In this document: positions 9,556-20,602 of the stretch, piece after piece | Layout of the letters: the number at the start of each line of letters is the position of its first letter | Position numbering within the stretch: the stretch's first letter is position 1 | Assembly: GCA_963709925.1 (NCBI GenBank) | Contig: CAVPYC010000003.1 | Span: 126,201-190,200, forward strand | Length of the DNA: 64,000 nt | Reading direction: 5' to 3' | Origin: an uncultured Chloroflexia bacterium | GTDB taxonomy: Bacteria; Chloroflexota; Anaerolineae; Anaerolineales; E44-bin32 | Program-made: the position numbers and the translations under genes | Notes under the pieces: model-generated | Database searches by the model: none | Told to the model about the DNA's origin: nothing | What the model saw: only the letters and a program-made list of their open reading frames with translations

Positions 9556-10623
9556 ATGATCAACCGAGGGGTCAACATGATCGCGTTAAGTGTTGCAGCG
9601 GCCGCGCTGGTGGTCGGCCTGATCGCCCTGGCGGGCGGCGGGCGGGCCCCGGCCGAAGGGGTTCCTGCCGCCGTGCCTACGGCCGTTCACACGGTGGAAG
9701 CCGCCCGCCCGGTGGACATCGCCAATGTGGTGCGCGACCCGAGCGACGTGCCGCCCCCGATCCGGCGCACCTCACCGACCACCGTGCGCATCACACTCAC
9801 GATCCGCGAAGTTGTCGCCGAACTGGCGGATGGAACCACCTACACCTTCTGGACCTTCGACGGCACTGTCCCCGGCCCGATGCTGCGGGTGATGCAGGGC
9901 GACACCGTCGAGATGACCCTGGTCAGCCCGGAGGCCAACCTGGTCGGCCACAACATCGACCTGCATGCGGTGAACGGCCCGGGCGGGGGAGCGGCGGTCA
10001 GCAATGTCCAGCCGGGCGAGAGCAAGACTTTTCGCTTCCAGGCCCTGCACACCGGTCTGTTCATCTACCATTGCGCCTTCCCGCCGCCGTGGCATCACAT
10101 CGCCCAGGGGATGTACGGGGGGATCCTGGTGGAGCCCCCGGGCGGGCTGCCCCCGGTCGACCGCGAGTTCTACGTGATCCAGGGCGAGTGGTACACCAGC
10201 GAGCCCTTCGGCACCAAGGGACACATGGCGTTTGACGCGGCCAAGGCCAATGCCGAGTTGCCCGAGTGGTACTCGTTCAACGGCCACCAGGCGGCGCTGA
10301 CCGAAATCCATCCGCTGGAGGCCGAGGTCGGTGAAACGGTGCGGCTGTATTTCGGTGTGGGGGGGCCGAACATCGGGTCGAACTTCCACATCATCGGCGA
10401 GATCTTCGACCGTGTGTTCACCGGATCGCCCGACACGTACATCGCCAACGAGGAGACCTGGTACACACCGCCCGGGTCTTTCGCCGCCTTCGAGTTCTAC
10501 CTGGATGAACCCGGGACGTACCTGTTGGTGGACCATGCCCTGTTCCGCGCCGGCCGCGGCGCCGCCGGGGCGCTGGTGGTCAGCGGACCGCACGACGACT
10601 CGATCTACTCGCCACAGCCGTAG
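9556..10623 (+). CDS. nirK: Copper-containing nitrite reductase (NirK, two-cupredoxin-domain type)
   Basis: GAAGGAGG RBS then ATG at 9556. N-terminal TM/signal. Type-1 and type-2 Cu ligand motifs HNIDLHAVNGPGGGA and YHCAFPPPWHHIAQGMYGG match the NirK signatures HNVDFHAATG and YHC...PWHVVSGM. Confidence 0.85.
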   Translation: MINRGVNMIALSVAAAALVVGLIALAGGGRAPAEGVPAAVPTAVHTVEAARPVDIANVVRDPSDVPPPIRRTSPTTVRITLTIREVVAELADGTTYTFWTFDGTVPGPMLRVMQGDTVEMTLVSPEANLVGHNIDLHAVNGPGGGAAVSNVQPGESKTFRFQALHTGLFIYHCAFPPPWHHIAQGMYGGILVEPPGGLPPVDREFYVIQGEWYTSEPFGTKGHMAFDAAKANAELPEWYSFNGHQAALTEIHPLEAEVGETVRLYFGVGGPNIGSNFHIIGEIFDRVFTGSPDTYIANEETWYTPPGSFAAFEFYLDEPGTYLLVDHALFRAGRGAAGALVVSGPHDDSIYSPQP

Positions 10624-10655
10624 CGGTATCCCGGGCCTCACCGTTGCGGGCACAG

Positions 10656-10688
10656 CCGGGGCGCACATCCATGCGCCCCGGTTTTTTG
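10656..10688 (+). terminator. Rho-independent terminator of nirK
   Basis: CCGGGGCGCA-catccat-GCGCCCCGG followed by TTTTTTG. Confidence 0.65.
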
Positions 10689-10805
10689 TGGTCGGCCTGG
10701 GGATCACAAGGATGGCCCCCCTGCCCGCAACGAGGTGGGCCCGGTAGAGGTAACAAGTTGTGCCTGAGCTGGTGGGGTTTGTGAGGGTGCGGCTGGAGCA
10801 ATGAA

Positions 10806-10831
10806 GAAGCCCCCGCAGGAGCGGGGGCTTC
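10806..10831. terminator. Hairpin GAAGCCCCCGC-agga-GCGGGGGCTTC between the convergent nirK and csp genes; probable terminator for csp and possibly bidirectional
   Basis: Perfect 11-bp stem with U-rich flanks on both strands, located 23 nt downstream of the csp stop. Confidence 0.45.
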
Positions 10832-10853
10832 TCGGTTCGGTTTCGCCGGCGGT

Positions 10854-11067
10854 CTAGAGGATCGAGACCGAAGCGGCCTGCAATCCCTTAGGGCCCTGCA
10901 CGATGTTGAACTCCACGCGCTGGCCCTCCTCGAGATTGCGGAAGCCCTCTCCGGAGATGGCGGAGTAGTGGACGAAAACGTCCTCTCCGCCCTCGCGGGA
11001 AATGAAGCCGTAGCCCTTCCCGCTGTTGAACCACTTGACCGTGCCCTGAATCCGTTCCGACATTGCT
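10854..11067 (-). CDS. cspA: Cold-shock protein (CspA family)
   Basis: AGGAGG RBS then ATG at 11067. [36 protein letters not shown] carries the RNP1/RNP2 motifs. Confidence 0.9.
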
Positions 11068-11302
11068 TTGCCCTCCTGAGGCAATTGATTCCAAGGCGCC
11101 TGTTGTTCCTCTGTGGTCGGGGACTCGGCAATGCCGGCGCTAGAACAAACCGGCCCGAGCCATGTTCCGCTCAGGCCTTGGTCCTTCGACTTCCAGACTG
11201 AACTGACATGCTGCCTTCGCTGGGCATCCTACCATTCCCTATGGTCGACCGCAAGTCCCGAGTACGGCCCCGGGCGGGGTTTCGCCCCCCATATCTGGGG
11301 TT

Positions 11303-12094
11303 TTACCAGCGCTCCAGGCCGGCCTGGCGTTCGACCGGTCGGAAACCGACGGAACGGTACAGCCGGTCGGCCGGGGAGTCGGCCTCGGCGACGATCACCA
11401 GGGTCTCGACCCCCAGATCCCGCTTCGCCTGGATCCCGGCCTGGTAGACCAGGGTGGCGGCAAAGCCTCGCCGCCGGTAATCGGGGCCGGTCTCGACGTT
11501 CTGGTACCGCCCTAGCTCGGCCGATCGGAAGAGTCCGAGGTCGGCCACCAGGCGGCCCTCCAGGAACGCGCCGAACCAGGCGCCGAGGCCGGCCCGGGCC
11601 ATCCGCTGATAGCGGGCCATCTCGGCCTTCTTGAAGATGCGGTAGTCGGCTTCTTCATGGACGGGGTCGCGGCAAAACACCTGGTTCTCAACGGCCAGTT
11701 CCCACTCTGCCCCGGTGAGGAGCGGCCGCACTTCAATCCCTTCCGCCAGCCGAGGCGGCGGGTGGGGCGTAGACGCCGCCAGCACCGAATCTTGCATCAT
11801 CGAGAAACCCAGGGGCACGAAAGCCTCCGCCGAGCCCAGCTCGCCCTGCGGGGAGTCCCAGCCGAACGTCTGGTGCCGCACTGCGGGCGGGCGGCCGATC
11901 TCCTCGGCGAACAAATCCGGCCAGCGGATCTCATCTCCGGGGCCGGGAGGCTGGCGGAACAGCAGGGTGTTGCCCCAGTAGAACGTCGGAATCGACGGGG
12001 TTCGGACGACCCAGTACTCGCCGCGATCCAGGATTTCCCCCTCGAAGGAGGGGAAGATCATGTCGGTGCGGGTGGCTAGCGATCGGAATCTCAT
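11303..12094 (-). CDS. GNAT-family N-acetyltransferase
   Basis: 263 aa. The C-terminal half has the acetyl-CoA motif ([14 protein letters not shown]) typical of GNAT. Confidence 0.7.
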   Translation of the reverse strand: MRFRSLATRTDMIFPSFEGEILDRGEYWVVRTPSIPTFYWGNTLLFRQPPGPGDEIRWPDLFAEEIGRPPAVRHQTFGWDSPQGELGSAEAFVPLGFSMMQDSVLAASTPHPPPRLAEGIEVRPLLTGAEWELAVENQVFCRDPVHEEADYRIFKKAEMARYQRMARAGLGAWFGAFLEGRLVADLGLFRSAELGRYQNVETGPDYRRRGFAATLVYQAGIQAKRDLGVETLVIVAEADSPADRLYRSVGFRPVERQAGLERW

Positions 12095-12127
12095 CGGCAG
12101 GGACAGGCGGAGGAAAAGCCTCCGGGC

Positions 12128-14682
12128 TCAGGCGCCCGTTCCTTGTTGGCGGGCCCAGAGTTCTTGCAGTGCGGCGGTGCAGGCGGCCATGTCGATCCCC
12201 GGCCCGAGCACTCCGCCCCACAGGTCGCCGACCTGGTCGAGGCGCGCCCGCATGGTCTTGATCGTGAATTCCTCCGGCCGTAACCCGGGCACCAGCTCCT
12301 CCCACAGCAGCGGGGCCGACACCGGGGCCCCGTGACGTGGTCGGATCGAGTAGGGCGCCGCCAGAGTCTGGCCGCGGCGGTTCTGGTAGACGTCGACGTA
12401 CATCTTGCCTCGTCGCGAGCCGGGCACCCGTTCCAGGCTGGTCATGCGCGGGTGGCGCAGTTGGACGATGTGGGCCACCAGCCGACCGAAGGTGCGGGCC
12501 TGCTCGTAGTCGTAGCGGGCGCCCAGCGGAACGTAGATGTGCAGGCCGGTGGCCCCGGAGGTTTTCGGGTAGGCTTCGGCGCCGATGGCCTGGAGCACCT
12601 GGCGCGTGGTCTGGGCCACCAGCATCACCTCGTCGAAGGACTGCTCGGCCGGGTCCAGGTCGACCACCAGGTAGTCGGGGTGTTCCAGGTTCTGGGTGCG
12701 CGAGTTCCACGGATGGATCTCGATCGAGCCCAGGTTGGCGACGTACACCAGGGCGGCTTCGTCCTGGGCGACCAGGAAGCGGATCACTTCGCCGCGCGAC
12801 TCCGACTCGACCGGGACGATGGTGGCCCAGTCCGGCGGTTGCTCGACATCCTTCTGGTAGAACGACGGTTCGGCGATTCCGCCCGGAAAGCGGTGCAGCG
12901 AAAGCGGCCGGTCTTTCAGATAGGGGAGCATCAACCCGGCCACGTCGCGGTAGTAGGCGATCATCTCGCCTTTGGTGATCCCGTCCTTGGGCCAGTAGAC
13001 TTTGTCCAGGTGGGTCACCACCACCTTGTTGCCCCCGATCACCAGCGGCGTGCCGGCGTCCTCCGCTAGGCGGAAGCGGCGGCGGGCGGGCGGGGACGGC
13101 AGTTCGACGGTCTTCTCGCGGCGGGTCACCAGCCGAGGGTTGCGTTCGGGCAGAATGGCTCCGAAGACCGGCTCGCGCAGGTAGTTCTCTTCGGTCCACT
13201 CGATGAAGTTGACCTCGCACACCACGGTCGGGGCCACCCAGGTGGGCTCGGTGTCGAGGGCGGGCATCTGGCGGAACGGCGACTGGTCTTGGACGGTCGG
13301 TTCGAGCAGGGTCCGGATCCGGGTGCGCTCGGCATCGTCGAAGCCCGTGCCCACCCGGCCGCAGAACACCAGGTCTTTGTCTTCGTACACCCCCACCAGC
13401 AGCGCGCCGAAGGCCAGCGGCTGGCCGCGCGGCGCGGTGAATCCGCCGATCACGAAGTCTTGCCGGGCGCGGGTCTTGACCTTGAGCCAGTGGCGACCGC
13501 GGCCGGCCTGGACGTACGGGCTGGCCGCGTCCTTCCCGACCACGCCTTCCAGTCCGGCGGCCACCGCCTGCTCGAACAGGGCCACCCCCTCGATCTCGAT
13601 GGCTTCGCTCAGGCGGATGTACGGCAGCTGCGGCAGAACCTGGCGCAGGATCTCGCGTCGACGAGTCAGAGGCAGGCCGGTCAGATCGTGGCCTTCCAGG
13701 CGGAGCAGATCGAACACGTAGTAGACCAGCCGGCCCTCGCCGGTGCTGCGGTAGTTGCGCAGAAGCCGGATCTGCGACTTCCCCTCGGCGTCCACCGCCA
13801 CGATCTCGCCGTCGAAGGCGGCCTCGAAGCCGATCTTCTTCAGGTCTTCGACGACCGGCGGGAAAGCCTCCAGAAAATCGGCCTGGTTGCGCGAGTACAG
13901 CCGCACCCGGTCGGAGTGCACCTCGCCGATGGCTCGAAAGCCGTCCCACTTGATCTCGAACAGCCAGCCCTCGCGGCGGAACGGATCGTCGGTGAGCTCG
14001 GCCAGCATCGGCTGGTAATGCTCCGGCCAGGGCGTGCGCGGGGCTCCGCTCAGGTCGACCTGGCTCAAGTCGGTCTCGAGCCGCTCGCCCCGCGGCCGGG
14101 CCAGTTCTTGCTGACGAATCTCCTCCAGGCTGCGCCCGGTACGGGCCGAGCGGTCGAGTTCGAGGATGTCGCGGGGGGTGGAGAACTGATCGCGGTCCTT
14201 GATCAGCAGCCAGTTCTTGCCGGCGCCGTCTTTCAGCCGCACCAGGGCGAACTGGCCTTCCAGCTTCTTGCCGCGCAGGACCAGCTTGATCGTGCCCTTG
14301 TCGATCCCGGCGTGAAAGGCGGCCTCGGCGGCGGTCTTGTCGGCGGCGCCGGGCGTGGTGTAGGTGCCTTCGTCCCAGATCATGGTCGGTGCCGGCGCCG
14401 TAGTTGCCCTCGGGGATGACACCCTCAAACTCACCGTACTCGAAGGGGTGGTCTTCGACGTAAACCGCCAGCCGCTTCTCGGCCGGGTCGAGGGCCGGGC
14501 CCTTGGGGACGGCCCAGCTTTTGTAGACCCCGTCGAGCTCGACCCGCAGGTCCCAGTGCAGGCGCGAGGCGTCGTGCATATGGACCATGAACCTGCCCTC
14601 GGACGGCCGGGGGGCTTCGCCGCCGCCGCGGTTCGGGCGTTCGTTCAAAGTCGCGTTTGCGGTCGTAGTCACTGAGGGACAT
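12128..14682 (-). CDS. ligD: Multidomain ATP-dependent DNA ligase LigD (phosphoesterase, ligase and primase-polymerase domains); two frame changes in the first ~100 codons
   Basis: Three frames join. [18 protein letters not shown] (14682 frame), then [36 protein letters not shown] (PE domain), then ORF 12128..14434 (768 aa) with ligase ([10 protein letters not shown], KxDG) and polymerase domains. Confidence 0.8.
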
Positions 14683-14841
14683 GGGGATCGGCCGTCAGCC
14701 TTCAGCCATCAGCCATCCATCGAACCCCACCTCCGGCGTGCCGGTGGGACGAGGCTCCGTCTTCACCTTCCCGGATCTTCAGGCTTCCAGGAAGGTCAGC
14801 CGACGGCTGGCGGCTGACCGCTGTCAACTGAACGCTGACAG

Positions 14842-15630
14842 CTAGCTCTTCTCGCCCTTCTGCTGCTTGGCCTGCTCCAGGCTCTGGCTGAGCTTGGCGA
14901 ACAAGTCGGTGACCTCGATCGGGATCGGCGCCTCGGCCTCGGGCTCCGGCTCTCGACCCTCGATCTTGGCCTGGATGATTCGGCGCAGATCTTCGGAGTA
15001 GGTGTCCTGGTACTGATCGGGCTGCCACTCGCCGGTGAGCGTCGCGATCAGGTTTTCCGCCAGTTCGAGTTCCTTCTCGGCGACCTCGCCCATGCCCGGC
15101 AGGGTGAGCTCCCCGGGATCGCGCAACTCGCTGATGTAGCGCATCTGGTTGAGCACGATCACCTGGCCCTCGGGTTTGATCACCCCCAGGGCCTCGCGGT
15201 TGCGCAGCACGAAGCGCCCGATCCCGACCTTGCCGCTGCGAGCCAGGGCGTCGCGCAGCAGGGCGTAGGCCTTGGCGGCACCCTTGATCGGCTCGAGGTA
15301 GTACGGCTTCTCGTACAGCTTGTAATCGACCTGGGAGGCGTCGACGAAGGTCACCAGTTCGATGGTCTGGGTCTTCTTGACGTTGGCCTTCTTGAAGTCG
15401 TCGTCTTCCAACACCACATACTGGCCCTTGGAGAACTCGAAGCCCTTGACGATCTCGTCGTTGGAGACTTCCTCGCCGGTGTCCGCCGAAACGCGCACGT
15501 AACGAATCCGGCTCTTATCCGTCCGGCGCAGCATGTTGAAGCTGAGTTCGTTGGTTTCGCTGGCGTTGTACAGCTTGACCGGGATGTAGATCAGCCCGAA
15601 CGAGATCGCGCCCGTCCAGAAGGAACGCAT
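14842..15630 (-). CDS. ku: Ku protein (NHEJ)
   Basis: GGGGAGGGG RBS. MRSFWTGAISFGLIYIPVKLY is the canonical Ku N-terminus. Lies immediately upstream of ligD. Confidence 0.9.
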   Translation of the reverse strand: MRSFWTGAISFGLIYIPVKLYNASETNELSFNMLRRTDKSRIRYVRVSADTGEEVSNDEIVKGFEFSKGQYVVLEDDDFKKANVKKTQTIELVTFVDASQVDYKLYEKPYYLEPIKGAAKAYALLRDALARSGKVGIGRFVLRNREALGVIKPEGQVIVLNQMRYISELRDPGELTLPGMGEVAEKELELAENLIATLTGEWQPDQYQDTYSEDLRRIIQAKIEGREPEPEAEAPIPIEVTDLFAKLSQSLEQAKQQKGEKS

Positions 15631-15645
15631 GAGAACCCCTCCCCG

Positions 15646-17765
15646 CTACTGCGCACCGGCTCCAAATGAGCTTCGATGATAACACGCGGGAAGCGCAGGC
15701 GGTTCAGCGGGCGTGCGCCGCTTCGGCCAGAGCCTCCACAACGGTTCCCCGCAGTGCGCGGCCGCGTCGACAGCCAGGCGATCCCCCCGGTCAACAGCGG
15801 CGTAGCGACCAGGGCCAGGGCCCCGTGCTCCAGCGCCTGGCGGACCGTGGACAGGGCCGCCGGCCACACCGGAAAATCCGGCGAACCCCATCGGGCTCCC
15901 GGCCGAGACGACGGCGTAGATCAACACCACCCCGCCTCCGGCCGCCAGGCCCAGGCCGGCGCCCAGGATCCCCAGCAGGCCGCCTTCGGCCAGGAACACT
16001 TTCTCCACCTGACCGCGGGTTGCGCCGGCGGCTCGCAGCACGCCGAACTCCCGACGCCTTTCGTTCAGCCCGATGATCGTGGTGTTGGCCACTCCCAGAC
16101 CGGCCGTGAGCACCGCCAACAGCAGCATGCCGTCCATCACCACCCGGACCGACTGCATCCCTTCCCGCTGCATATCGACGATGAACCCGAGATCGATCAG
16201 CCAGGCGCCGGGGTGTCGGTCGGCGGCGGCCTGCAGCGCTGGCAGGAGTTGGTCCCGGACCCTCGCCGAGGGGAAGAACAGGGTCAGCCCGACCGGCGAG
16301 GTCAGGCCGAAGGACTCGACAGCCTGCAGACTGACGATCGAGGCGCCCACGAATGTCGGGCCGATCCCGGCCACGGTGCAAGGAAGCGAGCCCGTCGGTG
16401 ACTCCAGGCGGATCGTCCCCTCCAGGCCGACACCGTTGCGCTCGGCCACGGTCGGTGTCAGAAACAACGCACAGCCCCGGTCGGCGATCTCGAGGGCGCG
16501 CTCCCAGTTCCCCCGGCTGAAGCTGAAGAACAGGCTGCCTGATTCGCGCACCGCATGCGGGTCGAGGACGAAGGAGAAGTAGCGCTCGCCCAGGAACGAC
16601 AGCTCGGGGATCAGCACGAAGTAGGCGTCCACCAGCACAGCCTGGTCTCCGACGATGGCCTCGACCTCGGGACGCAACCCGTCGGGCAGGGCCAGGCTGG
16701 TCAATTCGGAGTAGGCCTCCAGTCCGGCGCCGACGTCGAGCGGGAAGTACCCGACGCCGGGGTTCGTTCGAAGGGCAAAGCTCGACAAGCGGAAGAACAG
16801 TTCGTCGAACCAGAAGGTCATGTAGCCGGCCACCCCGACGATCATCCCCACTCCGACCGCCAGGCTGACGACGGTCAATCCGGCGTGGGAGCGCGATCGG
16901 CGCGGGCCGTCGGCTGCCAACCGACCGGCCGGGCCGAGCAGGGCGCCCAGCGGGCGGCGCACGAGGCGAGAGGCGAGATCCGTCAGGGTTGGCAGCAACA
17001 ACAGCAGACACGCCAGCCAGGTCGCTCCCAGCAAGACGGAAAGGAGGTTCGCTTGCCCGGGCCCCACCCACGCGCCCGGCGGGTCGAACGCCAGGTAGGA
17101 CCACATCGCCGATGCCACCAGGACGCCGAGGACGGCGATCCGGATCGAGGGCTTTCCCAGGGTATCGACGGCGGGAGGGCGCAGCGCCGGAGAGAGGCGA
17201 GACTCGTGCCGCCCGCCGAGCCGGCGCCCACGAGCCGAGGGCGGCTGCGCCAATTCCGACCACGGCGGCCAGCGCCATCCGTTCCGGGGTGGGCGCGATC
17301 TCGCCAAAACGGTTGAACATCTCGCTCGATCGCTGGACCAGTTCGATCAGGCCGCCGACCCAGGAGCGGCCCGGCAACCAGACCGCCGGCCGTTCCGGCG
17401 ATGCCGATCAGCGCAGCCTCGGCCAGGATCATCGCTGTCAACTGGCCGGGAGTCATCCCCAGCGAACGCAGGCGGCCGAAGTCGGGACGGCGCTGCGAGA
17501 CGGCCAGCGAGAAGACATTGAAGGTCAGAAACCCCGCGCCCACGGTCACGACCAGGCCGACCACCGTCAGCCCGACGTTGAGTTGTTCGCTCATGAAACT
17601 GGTGATGGCTTCGGCCGAAGCGTCGATCTGCGACGTCGTGGCGCGGCTGACGACTTCGGCCGTGATCAGGGTGGCCACGCCGACGGCCACCGCCAGCGCC
17701 GAGAGCAGCGCGCGCAACGGGGAACTCCGAAGATGGTGCAGGGCCAGCCTCAAGGAGGCGCGCAT
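15646..17765 (-). CDS. MacB/FtsX-type ABC transporter permease (two FtsX domains, large extracytoplasmic domain); at least 2 frame changes
   Basis: ORFs 16983..17765 (MRASLRLALHHLRSSPLRALLSALAVAVGVATL), 15646..17307 and 15591..15869 in three frames together give an FtsX permease of about 700 aa. Confidence 0.7.
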
Positions 17766-17770
17766 CCCGT

Positions 17771-18509
17771 TCAGCCGGCCCGCCGTGATCGAGCCTGGGA
17801 GATGACCTCGGGTGTGAGGCCGGGACCGCGGACCTCATCCACCACCCGACCATCGGCCAGGAAGATCACCCGGTCGGCGACGGCCGCGGCGTGATCGTCG
17901 TGGGTGGCCATTACGACCGCATGGCCGCCGTCGTCGCAAGCCGATCGAAACAGCGCCAGAACCGCGTCGCCGGCCTCCCGGTCGAGATTCCCGGTGGGCT
18001 CGTCGGCCAACACCAGTTCCGGCCGAATGACCATCGCTCGAGCCAGCGCCACGCGCTGCTGCTCGCCTCCGGACAGCCGGTCGGGGGTGTGGCCCCGTCG
18101 CTCGGCCAAGGCCGACCCGTTCCAAGGCCTCGACCGCCCGCGGCGCGGCCCTGGCCGCCGGAACCCCGTCGAGCAGCAGAGGGAGTGCGGCGTTCTCCTC
18201 GGCCGTCATCGTTGGCAGCAGGTTGTAGAACTGAAACACCACGCCGATGCTCCGTCGGCGCAACAGCGCCAGCTGGCGCTCTCCGAGGGCGGTCAGGACG
18301 ATCCCTCCGAGCCTCACCGTACCCGAGGTCGGCCGATCGAGACCACCCAGCAAGTGGAGCAGGGTGGACTTGCCTGACCCCGAAGGCCCCATCACGGCGA
18401 CGAACTCCCCGGGTGCGACCGCCAGATCGACCCCGCGCAGGGCTTCCACCCCCACTTCGCCGACAAAGTACCTCTTCTTCAGGTCCCTGGTTTCGAGATG
18501 TGCAGGCAT
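17771..18509 (-). CDS. ABC transporter ATP-binding protein (MacB/LolD-like); one frame change near 18100
   Basis: Walker [10 protein letters not shown] in ORF 17835..18509. Signature [14 protein letters not shown] and Walker [13 protein letters not shown] are in ORF 17771..18109, the next frame. Confidence 0.8.
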
Positions 18510-18644
18510 GACGGGGCTCCGTGGGATCCGGGTGGGAGTATGCCGGTTCCTTGCCAGGCCGCAACTGATCGCCCGGGGCCTCTTTCTCGGCCCTCGATGC
18601 TACACTCTTCGCAAACCGGAACCGGGAGATTCGAAGGAGGGGTG

Positions 18645-19004
18645 ATGAATGCCAGGGAGGCGCTGACAGGTCTGGAGCATCTGGGCGGGGCCGAGGGGCT
18701 GCGGCAGACCTACGAAGTCTTCCGGGGGAAGAAACACTATCTGGTCGGTTCGCTTTCCAAGACCAAGCGGCGGTCGGGGAACTTCAACGTGGTGGACGCC
18801 GACGCCGTGGAGGCGACCCGGGCGGCCTTCGCGGGTCAGATGGGGGTCACCTCCCGCGACGTTCGCCAGCGGCTGGCGCGCAAGGGGATCAAGGTCGAGA
18901 CCCTGGAGGGGCTCAACATCCTGTACATCCTGATGGCCGAGGGCAAGGCCCGCGTCGACCGCCGCAAGTCGCAGCGGGCGCTGTTCTTCAACGTGGCGAG
19001 TTGA
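18645..19004 (+). CDS. Hypothetical protein (119 aa)
   Basis: [13 protein letters not shown] then ATG at 18645. Good high-GC codon usage. No recognised family. Confidence 0.5.
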   Translation: MNAREALTGLEHLGGAEGLRQTYEVFRGKKHYLVGSLSKTKRRSGNFNVVDADAVEATRAAFAGQMGVTSRDVRQRLARKGIKVETLEGLNILYILMAEGKARVDRRKSQRALFFNVAS

Positions 19005-20456
19005 GGACCTTCCTCGCTGGGGAGGCCTCGGCCGCCGACCCTGGCGCGGAGCCCCTTGGTTCCGCGCCAGGCGATCCACGACGGGCTGCCCCCGGTCTCT
19101 GGGGCGAAGCCACCTTCGGCACCGGGGGCGCACACGGATCCGGGCTGCAGGCTGGGTGCCAGCGCCCGGGCGATGTCCTCGTCGCCGCTCACGGCGTTCC
19201 ACAGCGCCGTGTCTTCGGCCGTGTCCCAGTGCCAGATGAGCCAGCCGTCGAAGCCGTAGGCGCACGATTCGATCTGCCACTGCTGCAGGGCAAGTGCGCC
19301 GCGCGCCGGCGACGAGTAGTTGCTGGCGGAAGGCGCCGAATTCGCCCATCACGATCGGCACTCGCTCCATTCCTTCCATCCCGAAGTTGACCACGTGGCC
19401 GCGCAGGTCGAGTTCGAAGCCCGGGTAGCGATGCAGGTCGATGAAGTCGGCCGTCGAGTCCCAGATCGCCGGGCGGGTTTCGATCCAGCGCGTATCTCCT
19501 ACCCGCGCCGCCAGCGGGCCCTGGGGCACGAAGAACCCGGCGCTGACCAGCGCGGTCGGGTCGGCCTGGAGGATGCGCTCTCCGGGCGGCGTCGATCAGG
19601 TAGATCACACCTTCGTCCATCAGGCGCTGCCTGGTCGACGTCGGAGGCCATGTCGTAGCCGACGCCGTTGGCGGCGGTCACCGTGCCCTCGGTCCACGAC
19701 AGGGGCGGAGCCGTCGAATTCGAAGTAGATCTCGTTGCGCAGTTGCCAGGTGAACACGAACTCCACCGGCGCGCCGCGTTCGAGCAGGGCGGCGTGCAGG
19801 TCGACGTACAGCTCGGCGATGGCTTCGACGCCGCCGGCCGATAGGATCTGCAGGTTGGTCGAGCCGAAGGTCTCGCAGCACTCGCGGTTCGACATCTCTC
19901 CGTAGCGGCCACCGGGCAGCCAATCGCTGGTGAACCAGACGAAGACCTCGTTGGCCGCCGCCTGGCGCAGGAAGTCGGCCAGGTTGTCGACGTAGGCCGG
20001 GTTGAGATCCGCGCCCTGTCCAACGATTCCGGTGTTGCTGTCGATCAGGAAGACCCGGACCACGTTGAAGCCGAACTCGTGCATCCGGGCCAGCGCCGCG
20101 CCGGCGGCGGCCGAGTCGTAGCGATCGGTGGCGAAGGTGGCGTCCTGGTAGCGTTCTTCGCCCCAGGGCATGGCCTGGGTGGCGAAGTGCAGGTAGTTGG
20201 CGCCGCGCGGCACGAAGCGTTCGCCGGTGCGCCGATCGTAGAACTCGCCGACCCCGCTCGACCAGACGCACACCGATGTGGTGCTCCGGCGGAGGGACGT
20301 CCGTCGGGACCGGCGTGGCGGTGGCACGAGGCGGGGCCACGGTCGGGACGACGGCCGACGGTGGCGCCTCCGGCCGGAGGCGACCGGGCCAGGCAGTCCG
20401 CAGGGCAAGGCTGCAAGGACCAAGGTGAAGGTCGAGAGCGACGGGCTGCTCATGGC
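19005..20456 (-). pseudogene. Glycoside hydrolase family 5 (clan GH-A) secreted enzyme, split over at least 4 frames
   Basis: Signal peptide MSSPSLSTFTLVLAAL; VRVFLID...NEVFVWFTSDW; WQLRNE (acid/base NE); VMGEFGAF (nucleophile); FDGWLIWHWD in successive frames (ORFs 19620..20567, 19189..19620, 18600..19529, 18836..19192). The 3' boundary is approximate. Confidence 0.6.
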
Positions 20457-20602
20457 CTGGCGATTCTCCGGGAGGAAGGCAGGGAGTGTAGCACGCGCCG
20501 GGCAAAGGCGAGAGCCTTCCGCCCAGGGCCGTCGTAGCCCACGGCCTCTGGGGCTCGCATGGAGCATCTGATCGGCCGAACGGCGGTCAGAAACGGGTTC
20601 TC

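Noticed and set aside
18600-19529. 309-aa minus-strand ORF overlapping the plus-strand gene 18645..19004
   Set aside because: Only its upstream part (>19005) belongs to the GH5 gene. The rest is an out-of-frame over-extension across a well-supported plus-strand gene with an RBS.
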